A DNA stretch of 61,831 bases, from NCBI GenBank assembly GCA_016840405.1, contig JAEOSK010000015.1, positions 1 to 61,831 on the forward strand, written 5' to 3'. The DNA comes from Candidatus Hermodarchaeum yapensis (GTDB lineage: Archaea; Asgardarchaeota; Hermodarchaeia; Hermodarchaeales; Hermodarchaeaceae). Positions 18,621 through 27,487 of this stretch are shown here, in pieces (within the stretch, counting starts at the first letter, position 1; every line of letters begins with the position of its first letter). Under the pieces are notes generated by a model. It was not told the origin of the DNA. It made no database searches and was given only the letters and a program-made list of their open reading frames with translations. The translations under genes were made by a program, and so were the position numbers.

Positions 18621-20366
18621 TTGGCCTCGGCACAGCCTCCAGCAGGGTTGACTATTTCAATCAAGGAACACGAACATACTCTTCTCAACTCGGATAACAC
18701 TATTACCCGATTTGATCCCCGTGGGCAGGTTTTCGTGAAAAATCAATCACGCAAATTTGCTGTGTGGGATGCAGAACTCGAACTAAACCCACAGAACCGA
18801 ACAACACTGGGACTTTCCGCACTTGATATTGGGCGGTTAGACCCAATGTGTGAGTGGGAAAAAGACTTCATTGTAAAAGAAATCGAAGCACCAATGCTCC
18901 TACTTACTGAAGCAATTGATACATTCTCAGAACGGGTGGGTGTAAATCATGCCCTTGTGTTTGAATACAAAATGCCCGTCGAAATTAGCTTGAATATACG
19001 AAACCATTCAGGATCACCCATTCAAGATATTGTTGTAACAAAAGAGATGCCACCTATCTTCAAAGATATTGATCTCCAAAAATCACAGATAGGTAAAGTG
19101 GAATATGATTCACGAGAAGGACAAGTTGTGTGGAAAATCAAGGAGTTGCCTCCCGAACAAATGGCGGTTCAACGGATTCGGGCAAGTATCACAGCGGAAG
19201 ACCCAGAGCCTAAATCCGGTGGAAAAGTTCACGTTACCTATAAAATACCAGATGTTGTTCGGAGCACTCTTGTTCCAACCCTTAATGCTTCAACCGAGAC
19301 AGAAATCAACGTCGAAAAAGAAGAAAATTCAATGCAAGTGGGCAATTGGCGATGTAAAGCTTCACTAACTAATTCTAGTGAATTTCCGATTCGGATTAAA
19401 CGCGTGCAAGTAGTCCTTACAGCACCTGATAACGAACTTCTCTATGAAGGAACACCTAACCATCGACTAGAATCTGGTGAGGTCTGGGGCCATGAATTTG
19501 AAGTCCAGGCTGAACAACCGGAATTTGATATCATTGCCCTTTCCTCAGTTGAAGCGCCCATCAACCAAGAAATCGTGGGAACTATCGAAAAGGCTGAAAC
19601 AATTTTTCCAGTGCTCCGTATTGAAGCTAATAAACGTGTTGAACCCCTTGAATTATTGGCTTGGGAACCAGCACCTGTAGCTGTTACATTACAAGTCAGG
19701 AACACTGGCAGCATAGAGTGTGACGAAATTACATTCAATGACACACTTCCTCCTGGGTTCGAACCTCCCGATAATACTCAAATTCGCGTAAGAGTCGGCG
19801 AGAAGCCCATAACTCGAAGCCTAAAAGTCAGTATCCGGCCCAAAGATCGAGACGTGAAACTTCCTCACACATTAACAATTCAACTCCATGACTTAACTGA
19901 GAATCATACACCCATTAAGCCAGGAGATACCGTAACAGCGAATTATATCACAGTTGCTCGAGCACCGAAGCCGAATCATGAACATCCATTACCAGCAGTT
20001 ATCGAAGCGAATACTTTTCCACCCGGACCAAATGCTAGGACTGATATCCCTGAAATTATGGCCCCAGTGATAAAAGTGCGATCAGTGGTTCGAAAGCTTC
20101 GAAAGACCCGAACCGTTACGCCAACTTCTGAAGTTGGTGAATTATTAGTCACCGTCACTTTTGTTAATGAAGGAGAAACAAGCCTTCAAGACCCAGAACT
20201 ACAAGACCTCATACCACCAAACTTTGAATATGTAGGAGTACCTTCTGGTACGCCCGAACCCACGCTTCGAGATACACCGAATGGCACCGTTGTAACCTGG
20301 GTACTACCGGCTATGATGAGTCGAGAAAGCTTCGTGGGTCGATACAAATATCGCCCCAAAGAATAG
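18621..20366 (+). CDS. Cytoplasmic multi beta-sandwich protein; N-terminal part resembles mu-homology domain (mu-adaptin/delta-COP), C-terminal DUF11-like Ig repeats
   Basis: GLTISIKEHEHTLLNSDNT..GQVFVKN and IQDIVVTKEMP..GKVEYDSREGQVVWKI patterns; VxNxG..DxLPPGF repeats; no signal peptide or TM. Confidence 0.5.
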   Translation: MASAQPPAGLTISIKEHEHTLLNSDNTITRFDPRGQVFVKNQSRKFAVWDAELELNPQNRTTLGLSALDIGRLDPMCEWEKDFIVKEIEAPMLLLTEAIDTFSERVGVNHALVFEYKMPVEISLNIRNHSGSPIQDIVVTKEMPPIFKDIDLQKSQIGKVEYDSREGQVVWKIKELPPEQMAVQRIRASITAEDPEPKSGGKVHVTYKIPDVVRSTLVPTLNASTETEINVEKEENSMQVGNWRCKASLTNSSEFPIRIKRVQVVLTAPDNELLYEGTPNHRLESGEVWGHEFEVQAEQPEFDIIALSSVEAPINQEIVGTIEKAETIFPVLRIEANKRVEPLELLAWEPAPVAVTLQVRNTGSIECDEITFNDTLPPGFEPPDNTQIRVRVGEKPITRSLKVSIRPKDRDVKLPHTLTIQLHDLTENHTPIKPGDTVTANYITVARAPKPNHEHPLPAVIEANTFPPGPNARTDIPEIMAPVIKVRSVVRKLRKTRTVTPTSEVGELLVTVTFVNEGETSLQDPELQDLIPPNFEYVGVPSGTPEPTLRDTPNGTVVTWVLPAMMSRESFVGRYKYRPKE

Positions 20367-20376
20367 GGTGTGCAGC

Positions 20377-21417
20377 TTAGTAATACCAAGTTTCCAGTTT
20401 CGGTTCGACCAAAGCCCGTTGGCGGTCTTTTTCATAAGCTAAACAAACTGAGTTCAGAGGACACACACCATGACAGGGAACCTTGAGCAGATGAGTGCTT
20501 ACATAACATTTCGATGTACACCCTGTAACACAAATAGGATCATCGAGTAAACAGCATTGTCGACCGAAATGCCAGAAAAAATCATCCAACTCTAATACTG
20601 AACGTCTTGCGTACTCTCCAACTATTGAGAAAGCCCTACTTATTTTTCGACGAAGTGCAATATCGGTTTCTGGTACCACAGGTGAACGTTTTCGAAGGGC
20701 ATTCGCAAGAACTGACGATACTGTTACTATCCCTGTACGAAGAGCAATTCGTGTTAGATGGTTATCCACAGGGATTTGAACATGGTCGTTATCTGTAATC
20801 TCCCATAAGTTTCGACGGAGAAGGAATTTGAGAAACAGAAAACTCTTCTTATTGGCGGGATCTTCATAGGCCTTGAATTCCGAGAGTAACTGAAGAAGCC
20901 CTGGATGGTGTGTTTTAGGTTCTGTAGTGATCCGGTGATTCGCAACCTGGAGAAGCGTATGTACAGAACCATGATATTTTTCAGTCAACAGTTGCCCACA
21001 GTTACGCAAAAGAATCGCGCGTTCCTCAGGATTGCGAATTGTTACCCGTTTTGGATGGTTAACCGTAAACCAGTTTTTAACTTTCTTTGTTGTAATATTT
21101 GCCATTTCTTGAGGATGAAAAAGATGGGAGTCTTGTTGAAACATTCGTAAGCTGAGGTGCCAAAGGAGGTCCGCGCCTTGAAAATATTCGTCACCAACAG
21201 ACCCTTCAAAACTCTGATCAGGGGGGCTAGTGCGATGATCGATACTTGTTACAAAGAAAAAGAAACGAGCTACTTCTTCAGGATCCGCATTTAGGGGTGG
21301 AAAAAGATGTGGATTGAGAAAATCTTCAATTCCTGGTTGAATTTCTTGAAGGAGCCGTCCAAGTTTCTGACTTTGGACCGTTGAAATTTCCACTAAATTA
21401 TCCACAGAAATGGGCAC
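20377..21417 (-). CDS. HhH-GPD/endonuclease III superfamily glycosylase-like protein with Cys-rich (Fe-S) C-terminus
   Basis: IPVDNHLTRIALRTG, LDDFFWHFGRQCC, C-terminal C..C..CPL..C. Confidence 0.7.
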   Translation of the reverse strand: MPISVDNLVEISTVQSQKLGRLLQEIQPGIEDFLNPHLFPPLNADPEEVARFFFFVTSIDHRTSPPDQSFEGSVGDEYFQGADLLWHLSLRMFQQDSHLFHPQEMANITTKKVKNWFTVNHPKRVTIRNPEERAILLRNCGQLLTEKYHGSVHTLLQVANHRITTEPKTHHPGLLQLLSEFKAYEDPANKKSFLFLKFLLRRNLWEITDNDHVQIPVDNHLTRIALRTGIVTVSSVLANALRKRSPVVPETDIALRRKISRAFSIVGEYARRSVLELDDFFWHFGRQCCLLDDPICVTGCTSKCYVSTHLLKVPCHGVCPLNSVCLAYEKDRQRALVEPKLETWYY

Positions 21418-21476
21418 CCCTTACCTCTTGCAAATAGGAAGGAATAAAAGTCTTTGTCAGAAGAAACCTATGAACA

Positions 21477-22049
21477 GTGATGCCTGGATCAAAAGACGCC
21501 AATATCGATGATGTTTTCCGACAAATGACTGAAATCCTCGAGAAATCGCTAACACGAATTAATGAGGTTGAACAGCATATCTCGAAGGACTTAGAAAGTA
21601 TTCGTCGCCAGTTAGATGCAGTTGGGGTTCTCAAAGATAACATTGCGAATCTGAATAACCGCATTGATTCATTGAGTAAGAAACTAACTGAACTCAGCAA
21701 ATCAGAACCACAGGAACTTAACCGAATGATGCTAAAAGCCATCAGCGAACTAGACAAGCGAATGCAAATGTTCACTGTGTCTGAAGTGTTGTCCCGACTT
21801 GAATCCGGAACAAATTATTCTCCACGACCAAGAACTAGTGCACCTATAGTAGCGCCAGTTCCCACTGAAAAACCCAAGAAAAACGTATCAGAACCACCAG
21901 CAGAAGCCCCAAACACTCCTGTCTCTGAACCCGTTCCTGCAACACCAGCCAAAGCGGATGCAGTGTCAGAGACCGTTGGATCTGATCAGCCTTGGCGTGA
22001 ACGAATGCGAGAAAAGTATGGATTGAAAAAGAAGCCCGGAAAGGTTTGA
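21477..22049 (+). CDS. Coiled-coil protein with Pro-rich linker and basic C-terminal helix
   Basis: Heptads over ~aa 10-110, P/A/E/T-rich linker, terminal PWRERMREKYGLKKK. Confidence 0.75.
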   Translation: MMPGSKDANIDDVFRQMTEILEKSLTRINEVEQHISKDLESIRRQLDAVGVLKDNIANLNNRIDSLSKKLTELSKSEPQELNRMMLKAISELDKRMQMFTVSEVLSRLESGTNYSPRPRTSAPIVAPVPTEKPKKNVSEPPAEAPNTPVSEPVPATPAKADAVSETVGSDQPWRERMREKYGLKKKPGKV

Positions 22050-22062
22050 TTTCTGGTTTGGA

Positions 22063-22551
22063 TTACTTCTTTGATTTGGTGGCAGGGGATGGATTGTTCT
22101 TCTGCAGCGCAAGGTAACGCCTTATGAGACGCTCCATTCGTAAGCAGTATAATGCGTCTTGAGCAGCTTGGAGAGTTTCTGAGAGTAATTCTAGTGTTTG
22201 TGCATCGGCGGAAGAAGATCTGAGATCACCTAAGGATTCAAACCCTTGAGCAATAGTAGCCGCTAGTTGAGAATAATGTGTTACACTGCTGCGGCGTTGT
22301 TCCCTTAGGTTGGAAAGTAGTTCTTGGAATTGTGGTTCAATAGTTTCTAAACGCCCTTTAACTAGTTGGTCGATTTGGATGATTGTGTCTTTGAGCGTTG
22401 AGACTTCTTGAGTGAGCTCTGTGATACGGTTGAAAAGGTTATTGAAAGCTTGAGTGACAAAGGGAATCAAAGATTCGTCTCTGGAAGTGGCAGCCGGTGG
22501 ACCTGCTTCAGGCGGCGATGGGGGTGGAGTTGGAGGGGGTTGTTGAGTCAC
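22063..22551 (-). CDS. Coiled-coil protein with N-terminal polyproline tract
   Basis: QQPPPTPPPSPP then heptads; GGTGA RBS before GTG; 14 bp after upstream gene. Confidence 0.8.
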   Translation of the reverse strand: MTQQPPPTPPPSPPEAGPPAATSRDESLIPFVTQAFNNLFNRITELTQEVSTLKDTIIQIDQLVKGRLETIEPQFQELLSNLREQRRSSVTHYSQLAATIAQGFESLGDLRSSSADAQTLELLSETLQAAQDALYCLRMERLIRRYLALQKNNPSPATKSKK

Positions 22552-22565
22552 GTTAAATCACCTTG

Positions 22566-22955
22566 TTAGGTTCCTCCCTTTTGTGAAGTTTCAAGCTGTT
22601 TTACTGCTTCGAGCACTTCATCTAGGTTAATTTTGTTGGTTAATTCATCCACGATTTCGATTACGACACGAATAGCTTCTTCGATATCTTTGAGATTGCT
22701 GAGCTCCTTGGCACGATCAACTTCTGCAATGAGTTGCGTTTCAACAAGTTGTCGCTGTTCTCTGAATGTCGTGACATCACGATGAATTTCTTTAGCCGCT
22801 GAATTGGCTTGTTTCACCGTTTTTTCCATCTGCTCCACTAAATCTTGTGATAGTTGCTCCATAGCCGTTCGAGTGGCCGTTAATTGTTCAGCAAGATCTT
22901 CAATACCCTTTTCGACCTTCGCGATTGCTTCTTTCACTGTAGCAGCGTCTGTCAT
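22566..22955 (-). CDS. Small all-helical coiled-coil protein (129 aa)
   Basis: Continuous heptads; ATG at 22955 with purine-rich RBS, 14 bp after the actin-like gene stop. Confidence 0.8.
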   Translation of the reverse strand: MTDAATVKEAIAKVEKGIEDLAEQLTATRTAMEQLSQDLVEQMEKTVKQANSAAKEIHRDVTTFREQRQLVETQLIAEVDRAKELSNLKDIEEAIRVVIEIVDELTNKINLDEVLEAVKQLETSQKGGT

Positions 22956-22969
22956 TCTTTTTCCCCTAA

Positions 22970-23989
22970 TTACATTTTTGCGGCACCTAACCAACTACTG
23001 TAAACTGGGTGTTCCAATTCATAAACCTTGACGGTAAGATGTGGCATTTGATCTTTTATCTCGTTTTCAAGCCGTGATTTCAATCCAGGTAGCATAGATC
23101 CTCCACCAGAGAGCACAATATTTGCTGCGAGTTCAGCGCGTACACTAGTATCTACACGTCGTAATACCTCGATAATAGCATCAGTTAAGCCTTTGTCTCC
23201 AACACCTAAAAGCGTTGGTTGGAATAGAACCTCTGGTGCCTGCCAGGGTAAAGAGCCAATAGAGAGCTCTGTTCCCTCGTAAGAGAAATTACTTGTTTCA
23301 CTGAAATTTTCGTCTACCGCAACAGGATACACTTTGCATAAGGATTGTTTAATTTTACTAATTGCCTCTCCGTTTTTCGCGATTTCTGAATAGATTGCTG
23401 CGTAATTAGAAATGCCGGCCTCAGCTTGATGGAGTAGGAGCTTTCGAATTTCAGCAGATACAAAGAAACTACCCGTAATGAGGGACAAAATGTGTTCTTC
23501 TAAGAGGAATCCCCGATAAATTGGAGTGACAAATGTCACTGTATAGCCAATATCGATAATCAATCCTGTTTTTCGCCCAAAATAGCCCCAAGTTAGGACT
23601 TGTTGAATTGCGGCATCGACATGCAAGCATGCAAGGGATTGTTGGAGTGTTTCACAAAGTGCTGTAACTAGCCCTGGTTTTGATTGGGGGAAAATCAAGA
23701 GTGTTAATTCTAAGTTTGCACGGTTTTGGTTGAGTTGTGGAAATTTCTCAATGGCATAATTACACAGTTCACTCACCATGAAGAAGTCTTTGTGTACCAT
23801 CCCATCTTCAAAGGGAAAATGCCAGGCGCTTCTTCCGGGGTCAAGGTTGTGAAAAACCGGGTTACCACTGCTGCGTGTGGTGCTTTTGAGTGCAGCAGGC
23901 ATGACTAAGGGCGTAGGATGTTGTGGTGGACCACATTTCAGGTAGCCACTGCCCAGGTCAATGATTACATTCAATGGTGGTTTATTCAC
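22970..23989 (-). CDS. Divergent actin-related protein 2 of pair
   Basis: IIDLGSGYLKCG, FPFEDG, IQQVL, TGLIIDIG..VTFVTPIYRG, IKQSLC, APEVLFQPTLLG, DTSVRAELAANIVLSGGGSMLPGL, YSSWLG. Confidence 0.9.
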   Translation of the reverse strand: MNKPPLNVIIDLGSGYLKCGPPQHPTPLVMPAALKSTTRSSGNPVFHNLDPGRSAWHFPFEDGMVHKDFFMVSELCNYAIEKFPQLNQNRANLELTLLIFPQSKPGLVTALCETLQQSLACLHVDAAIQQVLTWGYFGRKTGLIIDIGYTVTFVTPIYRGFLLEEHILSLITGSFFVSAEIRKLLLHQAEAGISNYAAIYSEIAKNGEAISKIKQSLCKVYPVAVDENFSETSNFSYEGTELSIGSLPWQAPEVLFQPTLLGVGDKGLTDAIIEVLRRVDTSVRAELAANIVLSGGGSMLPGLKSRLENEIKDQMPHLTVKVYELEHPVYSSWLGAAKM

Positions 23990-24103
23990 AAGAAAGTCTA
24001 GGAATGATGTTTGAAAACAGTTTCTATCACTTTGAGCCCAGCTTGTGAGTTTTTCGGGAATATGTACTTCTCAATTTACTTTCAGAGTCGTGGTGATATT
24101 CGT

Positions 24104-25129
24104 TTATTTCTGCTTAGACACCGGTTCGACGAGGTGAACGGCACATTGCCAAGCAAAAGAAAGGGCGTCCTCTAGACCATATACGTTGATTGGTAAATGC
24201 GGGAGTTTTCGTTGAAGCTCCAATTCTAACCGCTCTCGGAGCCCTAGGATCATTGATCCTCCGCCTATGAGCACGATATCGTTTGAGAGTTCCCGTCTTA
24301 TTGTGATATCGACTTGTTCAATCGATTCGATAACCGCATCGACAATCCCGGTATCACTTATGCCGATTAATGATGGATCGAAAAGAACTTCGGGTGCTCG
24401 CCATGTAACGGTTCCCAAAGGGATATTGAGATTCTTCCGCCGGTAGTTCCATTCTCTGGGCGTGGTCTTATCACGAGGATCATGACGAACCTGACAGAAG
24501 TTACGTTTGACATATTCAACTGCCTTTACATCTGTGGCAAGTTTAGCATAGTCGGAATACCGAGTTGATTCTTTTGCCATTTCCTCAAGAAGTCGACGTA
24601 GCGCAGCTGAAACATACAGCCCTCCTACTGCCGTATCGATGATATGTTCACGAAGTAAGAACCCCTGATAGATAGGAGTTACTAGCGTAACTGAATGACC
24701 AATATCAACGACCAGTCCTGTGTGTTTTTTCAGGAAGAGAAGTGCAAGCAGTTGTTGATACGCTGCAAGTAATTTTCGGCATCCGAGTAGCGCACGAAGG
24801 TCGTCACACACTTGATAGACATGGTTTGGATCAACTGGAGAAAAGACAAGAAGTTGTACTTCAGTGGCAACCCGTTGATGGCCTCCAAGACCTAAACGAT
24901 CGAAGATACCGAGAATTAACGGTTTTAAAACATCAGCTTCCGGAAGATTCCCATTTTCAAGGGGAAAGAACTTCCCCGCACGTGTAGGATCCAACATGGT
25001 AAGGTATTGATCACCCATCTTATCGTCCGTGGCTTTCAGATAAGCTGGCATGATTTGAGGTTTAGATTGGTTGGGGTAACCGTATTTGAGAAATCCAGTG
25101 CCCAAGTCGATGATCAATTGATTTTGCAT
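24104..25129 (-). CDS. Divergent actin-related protein 1 of pair
   Basis: IIDLGTGFLKYG, FPLENG, YQQLLAL, TGLVVDIGHSVTLVTPIYQG, VKRNFC, RAPEVLFDPSLIG, DITIRRELSNDIVLIGGGSM, FAW. Confidence 0.9.
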   Translation of the reverse strand: MQNQLIIDLGTGFLKYGYPNQSKPQIMPAYLKATDDKMGDQYLTMLDPTRAGKFFPLENGNLPEADVLKPLILGIFDRLGLGGHQRVATEVQLLVFSPVDPNHVYQVCDDLRALLGCRKLLAAYQQLLALLFLKKHTGLVVDIGHSVTLVTPIYQGFLLREHIIDTAVGGLYVSAALRRLLEEMAKESTRYSDYAKLATDVKAVEYVKRNFCQVRHDPRDKTTPREWNYRRKNLNIPLGTVTWRAPEVLFDPSLIGISDTGIVDAVIESIEQVDITIRRELSNDIVLIGGGSMILGLRERLELELQRKLPHLPINVYGLEDALSFAWQCAVHLVEPVSKQK

Positions 25130-25161
25130 GTTGGTTCCTCGATATCTCGAAGTCAGGGAAA

Positions 25162-25977
25162 TCAGGGTTGTGTAAGTAGTGTGGAATAGGGTAATGAGGG
25201 CTCAAGGAAATTAAATGTAACTTTAGGCTGTTCAACTCGCAGGATTTGTGTCAACCGACTCATTCCGGGAATCTCAGTGGCGACCTGGGGAAGGGCAACC
25301 AGTTTCACTTTGAGTTGACTTGCTTGCGTTGCTAGTTCATGGGTAATGTGACCAGTGAGATAGGTATCATATCCATGCTCCCATGCTAGATGTAGCCATT
25401 CAGAATTGATGCCTTGACCGGATACGATTACAAGGTGTTTTACTTCATCTTCAAGGTTTCCCACATAATCAACTGAAGTTACTTTCAGACGCTTTGAGAC
25501 ATATTGAATGAACGCCTTAAAGCTAGTATCCTTAGGCACTGAACAGACGCGCCCCAAGGGCATAGCCGTCCCCTTTATTGGCGTTTTGAACACATCGTTT
25601 ACCTTGAATCCTAAGGTATGTGCCAAAACGTCATTCATACCTCCATCGACCATGGCCCAATTATAGTGAGCAATATACACAGTCATATTTCGCTTCAACA
25701 ACTGTTGAAGGAGTAGTTGTGGTAGCCCAGTGAATCGAGTTGTAGATGATAGAAATGGAGATCGATGGGCAATAAGAAGACTAGCTCCCTGTTCACCGCA
25801 TTGAATGACAACTGGAATGGTGATATCAACGCAAACCGCCACTGATGAGAGGCGTACTCGTTTCTGTTTTGCCACATCACTCACACCAAGAATAACACCA
25901 TTAGCATCACCATCGGGAACAAATATTGTTGGTGCTAATTTTTCCAAGTTAGCAATAACAGCCCGCAATGTACCCAT
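25162..25977 (-). CDS. Nif3/YbgI-like protein with degenerate metal ligands
   Basis: LEKLAP..D.NG, LLIAHRSP, YIAHYNW..GGMND, LGRV, YLTG, ATE.PGM. Confidence 0.8.
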   Translation of the reverse strand: MGTLRAVIANLEKLAPTIFVPDGDANGVILGVSDVAKQKRVRLSSVAVCVDITIPVVIQCGEQGASLLIAHRSPFLSSTTRFTGLPQLLLQQLLKRNMTVYIAHYNWAMVDGGMNDVLAHTLGFKVNDVFKTPIKGTAMPLGRVCSVPKDTSFKAFIQYVSKRLKVTSVDYVGNLEDEVKHLVIVSGQGINSEWLHLAWEHGYDTYLTGHITHELATQASQLKVKLVALPQVATEIPGMSRLTQILRVEQPKVTFNFLEPSLPYSTLLTQP

Positions 25978-26113
25978 TTCAGCCCAACCTCGTTAATGAT
26001 TGTACCCATGACATGTAATCTATTTCTTTAGTCTTTTGCGGAGCAGTGGATACCAAAACTTCAATAGTTTCGTAATCCATCATTTTCCAGACAACGCGCG
26101 GAGAAGCAGGAAA

Positions 26114-27487
26114 GTGACCAAAGAGTCCCATCGGAAAGAAATAAGCCGAGAAGAGGCAGCAGCGGAGGTTCTATCCCTTTGGGAAGAAAACCAGTACTCA
26201 CTTCGAACTGCCATGGGACAACTGGTAAAAAAGTGGGAAATTAGTCAATGGCAAATCCAAACCGCAATCCACAGTCTTGTTTTTGAAACTATGCGACGAT
26301 TGAATACTATCGACTTTGTACTAAACCAAGTTCTTGAAAAATCAACCATTAAAGAGTTAGACCCACTAACGCGTAACACTTTGCGCGTAGCAGCCTACCT
26401 TATTCTGTACAGGGAAGAAGTTCCTGCCCTCGTTACCAACGAGGCTGTCTCGATTATTAAACGGCGTCGGAATAAACGACTAGCAGGATTTTGTAATGCT
26501 GTACTTCGAAAGGTTCAGCAGAGTAACCTAGAAGATACCATAACATCCTCCATCAAGCAAGGTAACCGAGAATACGAATATTGCGTACCCCAATGGCTTC
26601 TCAAATCTATTAAACAACTACTCGAACCCGAAGAAGCCAAGGCATTCCTTTCAACAAGTCTTCAAAACCCATCAGTGTATATTCGAGTGAATACTTTGAA
26701 GGATAATGCTGAACAAGCCATCCCTAGCCTGGAGAAAGAGCGGTTCCGGTGTACTCCTACACCCAAACTATCTGAAGTCTTTAAACTTGAACATGGAAAT
26801 CAACCTGTGGTACATACTACCACCTATCAGCAGCACCTAATCTATTTACAAAGCCTCGCGAGTGCATTAGTATCACGAGTTCTAAACCCACAACCACACG
26901 ATCTCGTACTAGACATATGCGCAGCTCCGGGCAGCAAAACATCACATTTAGCCCAATTAATGAGTAACCAAGGCAACATCTTCGCAATTGATAATATGCT
27001 CCCCCGCGTTCAAGAGCTAGAGCGCAATCTCAACCGGTTAGGCGTTCAAAATACTCATATCATTTTTTCCAATAGTTTTCAGCTTCCATTCAGAGAGGGT
27101 TTTCAGGTAGACTCGGTTCTAATCGATCCACCATGTAGTAACACAGGTGTAATTCAAACACGCCCTGAGGTTAAATGGATAATGACAGCTGACAAGATAC
27201 GACGTCTCCAGAAAGTCCAAGCTAGTTTACTCCGGGAGGGCATTCAGAGACTAGCTCCAGGTGGGTTTGCCGTCTATTCAACTTGTTCAGTGTCTCTTGA
27301 AGAAAATGAACACCTGATTCGTAATTTTCTGGCATCAAATTCAGATTTTGAACTTGTCTTCACAGAACCTTTTCTGGGTTCAGAAGCGTTTGAGGGGATG
27401 ACATTGTGTCAACGACTTTTTCCGCATACAGACGACACTGAAGGGTTCTTCATTGCGAAATTACGTCGGAAAATCAGCTCTAAATGA
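26114..27487 (+). CDS. rsmB: RsmB/Fmu-type RNA m5C methyltransferase with N-terminal NusB domain
   Basis: NusB-like NEAV..GFCNAVLR, IRVNTLK, DICAAPGSKT, DPPCS, YSTCS..EENE, EGFFIAKL; likely GTG start at 26114 (ORF from 26036). Confidence 0.88.
   Translation: MTKESHRKEISREEAAAEVLSLWEENQYSLRTAMGQLVKKWEISQWQIQTAIHSLVFETMRRLNTIDFVLNQVLEKSTIKELDPLTRNTLRVAAYLILYREEVPALVTNEAVSIIKRRRNKRLAGFCNAVLRKVQQSNLEDTITSSIKQGNREYEYCVPQWLLKSIKQLLEPEEAKAFLSTSLQNPSVYIRVNTLKDNAEQAIPSLEKERFRCTPTPKLSEVFKLEHGNQPVVHTTTYQQHLIYLQSLASALVSRVLNPQPHDLVLDICAAPGSKTSHLAQLMSNQGNIFAIDNMLPRVQELERNLNRLGVQNTHIIFSNSFQLPFREGFQVDSVLIDPPCSNTGVIQTRPEVKWIMTADKIRRLQKVQASLLREGIQRLAPGGFAVYSTCSVSLEENEHLIRNFLASNSDFELVFTEPFLGSEAFEGMTLCQRLFPHTDDTEGFFIAKLRRKISSK

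Noticed and set aside
21477-22955. SNARE or ESCRT-III identity for the small coiled-coil proteins
   Set aside because: No C-terminal TM anchor and no recognisable Snf7 basic/acidic pattern; heptads alone are not diagnostic
22970-25129. MreB/ParM/Hsp70/sugar kinase identity for the actin-fold genes
   Set aside because: Actin-specific motifs (PIYxG, PE.LF.P..G, K..LC.V, terminal W) are present
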